NCBI GenBank assembly: GCA_046346715.1
Contig: JAXMHO010000001.1
Span: 187,051-251,050, forward strand
From: Verrucomicrobiota bacterium
GTDB lineage: Bacteria; Verrucomicrobiota; Verrucomicrobiia; Limisphaerales; CAIQOK01
Direction of reading: 5' to 3'
Length of the DNA: 64,000 nucleotides
The position numbers and the translations under genes were made by a program. The number at the start of each line of letters is the position of its first letter. Position 1 is the stretch's first letter. The notes below the pieces were generated by a model that was given only the letters and a program-made list of their open reading frames with translations, was not told the DNA's origin and made no database searches. Below are positions 27,961 to 35,713 of this stretch, one piece after another.

Positions 27961-29415
27961 TCACCGCAATTTTATGTCTGGGTTTTGTTTCCTAGTTGTG
28001 TCAGTGGTGGGGTCGATTGTGTTCTCAAGTTCATCCGGATTGCTGATCAAGCGGGGGAAGCGGGCGAGTTCCGCCTCGGTCAGCGTCCGGCTTAATTCCC
28101 GCGCCTCCCGCAAGGGGATGTCCGTCGGGATTTCGTTCGCGTGCCGTTTGGGAACGCCCAACCGTTGCGAGAGATAAATCCCGGTATGACCGCTGAAGAA
28201 GTAGGCGATGAAGCAGGCCGTGGCGAAATAAACCGTGTTCTGCGCGCCGAACAATTCGATGCCCATCACCGTGCAGGCGAGCGGCGTGTTCGTCGCGCCC
28301 GCGAACACCGCGATGAAACCCAGCCCCGCGAAGAGATCCACGGGCGCCTGAAAAATCCAGGCGAGCGCGTTCCCCAAGGTCGCCCCGATGAAAAACAGCG
28401 GGGTCACTTCACCGCCTTTGAAGCCGCAGGCGAGCGTGACGCAGGTGAAGATGATTTTCGCCAGCCAGCTCCAGCCGTGCGCGCCGTCGGGTTGAAACGC
28501 GGAGAGGATCGTGACCGCGCCGGGATCGGGATTGGAGACGCCGATGCCGAGATAGTCGCGCGTGCCGAACGCATAAACGCCGCCGATGATCAGCAGCCCG
28601 CCCACGACCGGTCGCAACGGCGCGTATTTGATATACTTCTTGAACGGCAGTTGCAGCGCATGCACTAGCTCCGCAAAGAACGTGCTAGTCAGGCCGAACA
28701 GGCAGCCAACGATCACCACCTTGACCAGCAGGAGCAGGTCCAGAGGCAACAGGCTCCCGGTCGCAGCGGCGCTGCTGAACTGGATGTGATAGACGGCATG
28801 TTTGATGCCCCACGCGGAACAGGTCAGGTCGCCCACCACGCTGGCGATCAGAACAGGAATCAGCGCCTCATACTGAACGCGGCCAATGGTGAGCACTTCC
28901 ATCGCGAAGATGGCTCCCGTCAACGGCGTGCCAAACACGGAACCAAATCCTGCGGCGACCCCCGACAAGAGGAGCACGCGCATATTGCCGCCTTCGATGC
29001 GAAACACCCGACCAAACCAGCTGGAGAGCGCGCCCCCCATCTGCACCGCCGTGCCTTCGCGGCCCGCCGAGCCGCCGCACAGATGAGTCACCAGCGTGCC
29101 GATGAGGACCAGCGGCGCCATGCGCACCGGCACGCCGCCGCCCGGTTCATGGATTTCGTCCATGATGAGATTATTGCCGCCTTCTGCCGTGCGCCCGAAG
29201 TGGTGATACAACAATCCGACTCCCAATCCGCCGAGCGGCAGCAGGAACAACAGCCAGCCATGTTCCCAGCGCAATTGCGTCACGTGTTCCAGACTCCACA
29301 AGAACAGCGCGCTGGCCGAGCCCGCCAGCATCGCGGGCGGAATGACCAGCGCCGACCATTTGAGCAATTGCAGCACGCTCGATAGATGGGTGCACGGATT
29401 AAAGAGATGTTTCAT
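27961..29415 (-). CDS. CLC-F-type fluoride/proton antiporter (N-T subclade signature)
   Basis: Start moved to ATG 29415 (MKHLFNP). Helix-C GGNNLI has Asn where canonical CLCs have the GSGIP serine. GREGT has Thr instead of Pro. [13 protein letters not shown] is also present. Confidence 0.8.
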   Translation of the reverse strand: MKHLFNPCTHLSSVLQLLKWSALVIPPAMLAGSASALFLWSLEHVTQLRWEHGWLLFLLPLGGLGVGLLYHHFGRTAEGGNNLIMDEIHEPGGGVPVRMAPLVLIGTLVTHLCGGSAGREGTAVQMGGALSSWFGRVFRIEGGNMRVLLLSGVAAGFGSVFGTPLTGAIFAMEVLTIGRVQYEALIPVLIASVVGDLTCSAWGIKHAVYHIQFSSAAATGSLLPLDLLLLVKVVIVGCLFGLTSTFFAELVHALQLPFKKYIKYAPLRPVVGGLLIIGGVYAFGTRDYLGIGVSNPDPGAVTILSAFQPDGAHGWSWLAKIIFTCVTLACGFKGGEVTPLFFIGATLGNALAWIFQAPVDLFAGLGFIAVFAGATNTPLACTVMGIELFGAQNTVYFATACFIAYFFSGHTGIYLSQRLGVPKRHANEIPTDIPLREARELSRTLTEAELARFPRLISNPDELENTIDPTTDTTRKQNPDIKLR

Positions 29416-29449
29416 TGCAGCTCGGAGTGATTGGGGATGCGGTTGCCGG

Positions 29450-29578
29450 AAAAAAAAATCTCCCGGCGATGAGGGACGGCGCAAAGGGTTCTGCGACGGT
29501 GTCACTGCACCTCTGGGACGCCGGACTGGAATCAGTATTCAGGCGGTTTTCCTTTCGGAAGGCAGACACCATTGCCGC
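29450..29578 (-). promoter_or_regulatory. candidate, non-canonical fluoride (crcB-motif) riboswitch in the CLC-F leader
   Basis: On the minus strand, GGCA-AUGGUGUC-UGCC (29561-29576) has the P1 stem and 8-nt loop of the motif. AAAACCGCC follows it. UGACACC (29498-29504) is complementary to the loop GGUGU. A 9-U run lies at 29450-29458. There are extra insertions relative to the consensus. Confidence 0.4.
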
Positions 29579-29703
29579 TTATTATCGGCCTAAACCTATT
29601 AAATGACCCCGGACGCGGCAAGCAGTCCTTTTGCAGGATTCAATTTGAAGCGCTGGACCGTGATGAAGCTAAATAATTTATTAGTTCTGACCTTCCCCCT
29701 GCG

Positions 29704-30294
29704 TCAAGCCGGGGGGCCGTTCACAGTTTGCAGAAACCGCATCATGGTGTCGCCGTGTTTCATGGCTTTCTTCTCGTGCCAGGCGGCGGTCAGGGTCAGC
29801 GTATCGCGCTTGGTGTGGCCGAGCACGAACAACCCGCCGGGCGCCAGCAGACGCGGCAGGTTTTCGTCGTCGAGCAACTGCTGGGCGAACGAGGTGGAAC
29901 GGCGGTTGACGTTTTTCTCGCCATAGGGCGGGTCGGCCAGGATCAGATCAAACTGCGCGCCGCTCGCCGCCATTTGAGCGATGGCCGCGAAGGCATCCTG
30001 TACCCGGGCGTGCAAACTGCCGGACGGAAAGCCCGCCGCGTCCGCGTTCTGCCGGAGCACCTCGGCATGACGCTGCGACAGCTCGACCGACACCGCCGAC
30101 GCCGCGCCACGGCTCAGACATTCCAGGCTCAGGGCCCCGGTGCCGGCAAAGAGCTCCAGCACCCGCGCGCCGACGACGCGGCCGCCAAGACTGTTGAACA
30201 CCGCCTGTTTCACCAGGTCCGGGGTCGGACGCACGTTTAGGCCCTTCGGCACCTTCAAGATTTTGCCGCCCACCCGGCCGCCTGAGATACGCAT
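29704..30294 (-). CDS. rsmD: 16S rRNA (guanine966-N2)-methyltransferase RsmD
   Basis: VLELFAGTGALSLECLSRGA and LILADPPYG. Confidence 0.85.
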   Translation of the reverse strand: MRISGGRVGGKILKVPKGLNVRPTPDLVKQAVFNSLGGRVVGARVLELFAGTGALSLECLSRGAASAVSVELSQRHAEVLRQNADAAGFPSGSLHARVQDAFAAIAQMAASGAQFDLILADPPYGEKNVNRRSTSFAQQLLDDENLPRLLAPGGLFVLGHTKRDTLTLTAAWHEKKAMKHGDTMMRFLQTVNGPPA

Positions 30295-30328
30295 GATTCA
30301 GCGAGAATTGACCGACGTTGCGGGACGG

Positions 30329-31153
30329 CTATTGGGAAGGAGTCTGGCGCAAATTGGCCGGGGCGCTCGGCGCGGCGGGCGCAAAAATCTCCGCGAAGAA
30401 TTCCTTCATGGCATCCCAGGAACGATGATCGGCGGCGGCGTTGTATTGCGCGCCGGGAAGGGCTTTGCCATCCATGGCCCAGTCCGTGAAGCTGTGCACC
30501 GCCCCGCCGTATTTCACCAACTGCCAGTCCACCTTGGACGCACGCATCTCGTCCTCAAACGCCGCCAGGTCCTTGGCGGGAACAAACGGATCATCGGCAC
30601 CATGACAGGCGAGCACCTTGCAACGAATGTTTTTGCCGTCCCCAGGTGTCGGGGAATCGAGGCCGCCGTGAAAGCTGACCACGCCGGCGATGTCCGCGCC
30701 GCTGCGGGCGAGTTCAATCACCGTGGTGCCGCCGAAACAATAGCCGATGGCGGCGACATGCTTGGAATCCACGCGCTCGTTTTTCTTCAAAACTTCCAGA
30801 CCGGCGTTGGCGCGGTCGCGCAGGAGCGGACGGTTGGACTTGTATTTGCCTGCTTGCGCGCCGGCTTCCTGGGGCGTTTGCGGACGGACACCTTTGCCGT
30901 AAATGTCCGCGCAGAACGCGACGTAGCCGAGCTTGGCAAGCATCTCGGCGCGGCGCTTTTCGGAATCGCCGATGCCTTTCCACTGATGCACCACGAGCAC
31001 GCCGGGGCGTTTGCCGGTGAAGGCGGTGTCGTAGGCCAGCCAGCCTTCGAGCGTGGTGTCGCCTTGTTTATATTCGACGGATTGCGTATGAAGTTCGGCG
31101 CGGGCGATCGCCGCACAGCAGAACACCGCGAGAGCAGAGAGATGCCATTTCAT
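30329..31153 (-). CDS. secreted dienelactone hydrolase family protein
   Basis: Start moved to ATG 31153 (MKWHLSALAVFCCAAIARA). GYCFGG nucleophile elbow, and HGADDPFV. Confidence 0.75.
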   Translation of the reverse strand: MKWHLSALAVFCCAAIARAELHTQSVEYKQGDTTLEGWLAYDTAFTGKRPGVLVVHQWKGIGDSEKRRAEMLAKLGYVAFCADIYGKGVRPQTPQEAGAQAGKYKSNRPLLRDRANAGLEVLKKNERVDSKHVAAIGYCFGGTTVIELARSGADIAGVVSFHGGLDSPTPGDGKNIRCKVLACHGADDPFVPAKDLAAFEDEMRASKVDWQLVKYGGAVHSFTDWAMDGKALPGAQYNAAADHRSWDAMKEFFAEIFAPAAPSAPANLRQTPSQ

Positions 31154-31223
31154 GGCGTTACGAATAGCGCGGAAGCCCGAAGAACGCCAGTGCCATTCCG
31201 CCGTGCGGCCAGCCGCCGATGCC

Positions 31224-31727
31224 ATGTCAAAAATCGAACCGCCAAATCTGTTTCACCTGCGCGCCGCCATCGGCTGGATGGAACTGGGCAACATCCCCGA
31301 AGCCCTGGCCGAGTTGGACGGCATCGGCGCGGGGCTGCAACTCCATCCGGACGTGCTGGAAGTCCGCTGGATGGTCATCGCTCATTCCGCCGATTGGGAC
31401 GCCGCTTTGGTCGTCGCTGAAAAGCTGCTGGCGGCGGCACCGGAGCGTTCGTCGTCCTGGCTGAATCGCGCCTATGCCCTGCGGCGGGTGACGCGCGGAA
31501 GTCTGCAACAGGCGTGGGAGGCGTTACTGCCGGCGCACGAGAAATTTCCCAAGGACGCCACCGTGGCGTTCAACTTGTCATGTTATGCCTGCCAGTTAAA
31601 CCGGCTCGACGAGGCCCGCAGTTGGTATCAACGCGCCTTGCAGCTCGGCGGCAAAGACACGGTCAAGGCAATGGCGTTGGCGGATTCCGATCTGGAACCG
31701 TTGTGGGAGGAAATCCGCGGGCTTTAG
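31224..31727 (+). CDS. TPR-like helical repeat protein
   Basis: Start moved to ATG 31224 (MSKIEPPNLF). Helical repeat pattern with ...LDEARSWYQRALQLG. Confidence 0.5.
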   Translation: MSKIEPPNLFHLRAAIGWMELGNIPEALAELDGIGAGLQLHPDVLEVRWMVIAHSADWDAALVVAEKLLAAAPERSSSWLNRAYALRRVTRGSLQQAWEALLPAHEKFPKDATVAFNLSCYACQLNRLDEARSWYQRALQLGGKDTVKAMALADSDLEPLWEEIRGL

Positions 31728-31739
31728 GTAGGGCAAAAA

Positions 31740-32459
31740 TCAGCGCAGCCACCACCACGTCAGCAACGGGGCCACGACAAGGCTCGGCAGATAATCGGTG
31801 ACGTGAATCTTGCGAATGTCGAACAGCACCAGCGCGACGCAGAAGATCAGCATCCCGCCCGTGGCTTGCACGGAACCGCCAAGCTGATGAGCTTCCAGAA
31901 AAGGCAGAGCGTAGCGTGCACACAACAGGCTGATGCTCCCCTGCACCACCAATACCGGCACGGCGGCGAACATCACTCCCCAGCCAAACATCGGGATGAA
32001 CCCCATGACGGCCAGTGCATCCATCGCGGCCTTGATAAGCAGCGGCGCGAAATAACCCGACAAGCCATCGTGCGCCGCGCCGAGAATTCCGATGGGTGCG
32101 ACGCAGAACAAGGCCGTGCAGACCTTGAAGCCGGTCATGAAATCCGCGCCCGGCCGGTTCTCCGCCATGCGTTCCCGGGCAAATTGACCAATCCGGTTGG
32201 ACGTCTTCTGCAATTGCAGCAGCCGTCCGAGCAGTTTGCCGAGCGACAACGACAACAGCACCACGCCGAACTGTTTCAGCCCGGCGAGAAAAGGTCCTTT
32301 CAATCCGATGGCGACCAGCACCAGTCCGCACGGCACGATCAAAAGCCCGAGGGCGTTCTTGAAAAAATGCTGCGTGCGGTTGGACAGCGGACGACGCCAG
32401 GCGAGTCCGGCCAGGCCGCCGACCACGATGCCCGCGGCGTTGAGGTAGGTTCCGATCAC
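31740..32459 (-). CDS. DUF554 family membrane protein
   Basis: GTG start. (M)IGTYLNAAGIVVGGLAGL and about 6 TM segments, a typical DUF554 N-terminus. Confidence 0.65.
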   Translation of the reverse strand: MIGTYLNAAGIVVGGLAGLAWRRPLSNRTQHFFKNALGLLIVPCGLVLVAIGLKGPFLAGLKQFGVVLLSLSLGKLLGRLLQLQKTSNRIGQFARERMAENRPGADFMTGFKVCTALFCVAPIGILGAAHDGLSGYFAPLLIKAAMDALAVMGFIPMFGWGVMFAAVPVLVVQGSISLLCARYALPFLEAHQLGGSVQATGGMLIFCVALVLFDIRKIHVTDYLPSLVVAPLLTWWWLR

Positions 32460-32545
32460 GCGCTTACTGAACCATTCCGCCGGGCAAGTTCAAAGGGGAA
32501 AGTGGAACGGCAATTTGCGTTTTGCTTTTTGCAGTTCGTCCCGCA

Positions 32546-33124
32546 ATGATGGCGCGCATGACTCGGCTGCAACGCGTAATTGAAGATTCCATTGCCATGA
32601 CCCGCGGCCTGGCGGTGTTCGACAAGGACATCGCCCGCGCCGCGAAGATGGTGCTGAAATGCCTGACGTCCGGTCACAAGCTCCTGATCTGCGGCAACGG
32701 CGGCAGCGCGTCGGACGCCACCCACCTCGCCACGGAATTTCTCTGCCGGTTTCAGGACGAGCGCCGGCCTTACCCGGCCATCTCCCTGACGGCCAACGGC
32801 GAGTTCATGACGGCGGTCTGCAATGATTACAACGGCGACGAAATCTTCGCCCGCCAAGTGTGGGGCCTCGCGCAGAAGGGCGACCTGCTCATCGCCTTCA
32901 CGACCAGCGGCAAGTCCAAGAATGTGCTGCGCGCCCTCGAAGAAGCGCGGCGGAAGAAGATCCAGAGCATCTGCTTCCTCGGCCGCGACGGCGGTTTCAC
33001 CAAAGGCATGGCGACGCTGGATTTGATCGTGCAGGGACCGAGCACGGCGCGGATTCAGGAAGCGCAAAAGCTGCTGTTCCACGTCTTGTGCGAACTGGTC
33101 GAGGAAAAGCTTCCCAAGAAATAA
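32546..33124 (+). CDS. gmhA: SIS-domain phosphoheptose isomerase (GmhA/DiaA family)
   Basis: CGNGGSASDATHLATEF and FTTSGKSKNVL. The start is ambiguous (ATG 32546, 32549 or 32558). Confidence 0.75.
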   Translation: MMARMTRLQRVIEDSIAMTRGLAVFDKDIARAAKMVLKCLTSGHKLLICGNGGSASDATHLATEFLCRFQDERRPYPAISLTANGEFMTAVCNDYNGDEIFARQVWGLAQKGDLLIAFTTSGKSKNVLRALEEARRKKIQSICFLGRDGGFTKGMATLDLIVQGPSTARIQEAQKLLFHVLCELVEEKLPKK

Positions 33125-33139
33125 ACTCCCGCCGGCGCC

Positions 33140-33712
33140 TCAGAAATAGTCCGGCGCATTGCCGGGCTTCCACTTGATGTTGCAGCCGATGCTGGGTTTT
33201 TGCTCAACCGTGACGGAACTTCCCGCCAGCACCGCCTCCACCGCCGCGCGGATGTCTTTGCCCGTCACCGGAATGGTGTTCGCCCGCCGGGCATCATCGA
33301 ACTGCCCGCGATAAACCAGCCGATGGTCGCGGTCAAAAACATAGAAGTCCGGCGTGCAGGCGGCGTGATACGCCCGCGCCACGGACTGCGATTCATCGTA
33401 AAGGTAGGGAAAGACGTAACCGGCGTTCCTGGCTTCGTCCTTCATTTTATCCGGGGCATCGGCGGGATAGGCGGCGGCGTCATTGGAGCTGATCGCCACG
33501 ATGCCGACACCTTTACCCTGATAGTCCCGGCCGAACTGCGCGATGCCGTTGCGGAGGTGGATGACGTAGGGACAATGATTGCAGATGAACATCACCACCA
33601 ACGGCCAGCCCTTGAAGTCCTCGAGGGAGACGGTTTTTCCGTTCGTGTCCGGCAATTGAAAATCGGGCGCTCCCGTGCCGAGCGGCAGCATTGTTGAGTT
33701 CACAGCAACCAT
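33140..33712 (-). CDS. thioredoxin-fold (AhpC/TSA-like) protein
   Basis: Start moved to ATG 33712 (MVAVNSTMLPLG). CxxC motif FICNHCPYV. The upstream 120 aa of the track ORF are shadow sequence. Confidence 0.75.
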   Translation of the reverse strand: MVAVNSTMLPLGTGAPDFQLPDTNGKTVSLEDFKGWPLVVMFICNHCPYVIHLRNGIAQFGRDYQGKGVGIVAISSNDAAAYPADAPDKMKDEARNAGYVFPYLYDESQSVARAYHAACTPDFYVFDRDHRLVYRGQFDDARRANTIPVTGKDIRAAVEAVLAGSSVTVEQKPSIGCNIKWKPGNAPDYF

Positions 33713-33818
33713 GGGCGGAATGTGAAAGGTCGGCGGGGGTTTGTCGAACGGAAAAACCAATCTTGCAAGGCGGGTTGACGCTGCCGGACCGCCCGCATAG
33801 ATTGCGGTCGGTTCAACC

Positions 33819-34202
33819 ATGATTGCCAAACCAACCAGCGCCCCGTCCGCCGCCCCGAGCTTTCGCCTGAGCGACGAGCGGTTGATCAAGATCACGTCCA
33901 GCGCGGCCAACCGTGTCTCGATGCTTTTGAAAAAGCAGGGACGGACGGACGGCGTCCTGCGCGTGTCAGTGGTCGGCGGCGGCTGTTCCGGGCTGCAATA
34001 CAAGATGGACCTGCAGGATGCGCCGGCGAACCGGGATTTTCTCGTCGAAACCAACGGCGTCCGCGTGGTGGTGGATCCCAAGAGCGCGCTCTATGTGACG
34101 GGCAGCGAACTGGATTACCTCGACGCCCTCAGCGGCGGGTTCAAGGTCACCAACCCGAACGCCGCCACCAGCTGTTCCTGCGGCGAAAGCTTCAGCGCAT
34201 AA
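33819..34202 (+). CDS. iscA: IscA/ErpA-type iron-sulfur cluster insertion protein
   Basis: GGGCSGLQY and the C-terminal CSCGESF. Confidence 0.85.
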   Translation: MIAKPTSAPSAAPSFRLSDERLIKITSSAANRVSMLLKKQGRTDGVLRVSVVGGGCSGLQYKMDLQDAPANRDFLVETNGVRVVVDPKSALYVTGSELDYLDALSGGFKVTNPNAATSCSCGESFSA

Positions 34203-34224
34203 TTTCCGCCCGGCGATTTTGCCC

Positions 34225-34797
34225 ATGACCGACCACTTCGCCTTCTTCGAGGAACCCCGCCAGGCTTGGCTGGATCCTGAACGGCTGAAGGAAAAGTTTG
34301 TCACCCTGTCCGCCACGGTGCATCCCGACCGGGTTCATCAGTTGAGCGCCGCCGAACGCGAGGCCGCCCAGCAGCGTTACACCGCCTTGAACACGGCCTA
34401 CCAATGCCTGAAAGAACCCCGGTTGCGGCTGCGGCATCTGCTGGAGCTGGAATCCGGCAAAAAACCTTCCGACCTGACGCAGGTTCCCGAGGACCTAATG
34501 AACCTGTTCTTCCACATTGGGAAAGCCTTCCGTGAGGTGGATGCTTTCCTGACCGAGAAAGCCGGGGCGACTTCGCCGTTGCTCAAGGTGCAACTGTTCG
34601 AGCGGGGAATGGATTGGACGGAACAATTGCAGATGCTCCAGCAGGAACTGACCGGTCGCCGGGAACGTTTGCTGGCCGGTTTGAGGGAAACCTCCTCGCC
34701 GACGACGGCCTTGGTGGAAAATACTTACCGGCTGCTGAGCTTTTATGACCGGTGGCTGGCGCAGGTGCAGGAAAGAATTGCCCAGCTTTCCTTCTAG
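34225..34797 (+). CDS. hscB: HscB-like J-domain co-chaperone
   Basis: ATG at 34225 (MTDHFAFF). HPD motif in LSATVHPDRV. Helical C-terminal domain. It lies directly after iscA. Confidence 0.6.
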   Translation: MTDHFAFFEEPRQAWLDPERLKEKFVTLSATVHPDRVHQLSAAEREAAQQRYTALNTAYQCLKEPRLRLRHLLELESGKKPSDLTQVPEDLMNLFFHIGKAFREVDAFLTEKAGATSPLLKVQLFERGMDWTEQLQMLQQELTGRRERLLAGLRETSSPTTALVENTYRLLSFYDRWLAQVQERIAQLSF

Positions 34798-34900
34798 GCC
34801 CCGCCCACTTTTTTGACAACCCGCCGCAGCGGACGGATGGAAGGGCATATTTTCTAGGATATTTACGAGGAATTTCTCCCGGCGGCTTATTTCTCAAAGC

Positions 34901-34916
34901 TGGCATTTGCCCTGCT
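34901..34916 (+). promoter_or_regulatory. sigma-54-type -24/-12 element, TGGCATTTGCCCTGCT
   Basis: The GG and GC dinucleotides sit at the canonical positions (2-3 and 14-15 of the TGGCAC-N5-TTGC consensus). No plus-strand CDS follows it. Confidence 0.3.
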
Positions 34917-34926
34917 GAACTACTGC

Positions 34927-35117
34927 CAATGCAAACAGTAAACACAGTCTCGAATAAAAAGCTCCGAGCGCTGTGTTCTCCTGCCGCCTTCCCTGCTGTG
35001 TCGAAGGCACAATGCCCTCATAACTCTGCTGGTATGCGTCCGGCTGTCTAAGCCGACGTTCTTCTGAATTGGGTTTGGTTCCCGGCGGTTCGCGAAAGCG
35101 GGCCGCCGGTTTTTTTA
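34927..35117 (+). ncRNA. candidate ~190-nt sRNA (unassigned family)
   Basis: It is bounded by the sigma-54-like element and a strong intrinsic terminator. The region is relatively AT-rich. Internal hairpins are AACACAG...CTGTGTT (34941-34977) and GTCCGGC...GCCGAC (35039-35058). No credible ORF. Confidence 0.25.
35082..35117 (+). terminator. rho-independent terminator (plus strand)
   Basis: CCGGCGG-tt-CGC-GAAA-GCG-gg-CCGCCGG followed by TTTTTTT. The T run overlaps the coaE stop codon on the opposite strand. Confidence 0.7.
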
Positions 35118-35699
35118 TTGGCCCAGCACGATCCGGTTCAATTGCCGGCCAAGGACCGCCGGCTCGCCTTCCGACCAGACCACAAAATCCGCCCGGGCCA
35201 TTTTCTTTTCCACCGGCCATTGCGCCGCGATGCGTCCGGCAATCTGCTCCGCCGACCAGCCGCGCTGCCGCAGTCGCGCCTGCTGGGTCCCGGCGGTGCA
35301 GGCCACGCAGATGGTCCGGTCCAGCTCCTTTTCTGCGGCCGTCTCAAACAGCAAGGGGATCACCACCACGGCACGGGGCTGGTTTTCCATGCGCCAGCGG
35401 AGGATTTGTTCCTGCCACAAAAGCTGGATGCGGGGATGGGTGATGGACTCAAGCTGCTGACGCGCGGCACGGTCGGCAAACACCAGTTGCGCCAAGGCCT
35501 CGCGGTTCAGGGAGCCGTCCGGGGCAATCATCTGACTGCCGAAGGCGAGCTGGATTTCCTTCAACGCGGGCCGGCCGGGTTCCACCACCTGGCGGGCGAG
35601 GATGTCGGTGTCCACCACCGGCACACCCTGCTCCGCCAGATGACTGGCCGCCGTGCTCTTGCCCATCCCGATGCCGCCGGTCAGTCCGAAAACTTTCAT
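35115..35699 (-). CDS. coaE: dephospho-CoA kinase
   Basis: MKVFGLTGGIGMGKST P-loop and typical CoaE length. It starts 14 nt after the stop of the 2298-aa gene. Confidence 0.9.
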   Translation of the reverse strand: MKVFGLTGGIGMGKSTAASHLAEQGVPVVDTDILARQVVEPGRPALKEIQLAFGSQMIAPDGSLNREALAQLVFADRAARQQLESITHPRIQLLWQEQILRWRMENQPRAVVVIPLLFETAAEKELDRTICVACTAGTQQARLRQRGWSAEQIAGRIAAQWPVEKKMARADFVVWSEGEPAVLGRQLNRIVLGQ

Positions 35700-35713
35700 G
35701 CGGCATCAGCGGC

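Noticed and set aside
29464-29525. Plus-strand GGCGAUGAGGGACGGCGC, which resembles the start of the crystallised fluoride riboswitch (GGCGAUGAGGCCCGCC)
   Set aside because: It has no complementary CGCC strand to close P1. It is on the strand antisense to the CLC-F gene, with no plus-strand gene downstream. The minus-strand candidate fits better.
34800-35117. Possible tmRNA, 6S RNA, SRP RNA or RNase P RNA in the hscB-coaE spacer
   Set aside because: There is no tag ORF ending in a typical ...LAA stop; the only A-N-initiated frame gives ANANSKHSLE. There is no GGUUCGA-type T-arm, no SRP GGAA/AGCA motif, no RNase P GAGGAAAGUCC box, and no long 6S-type duplex. It is kept only as an unassigned sRNA candidate.
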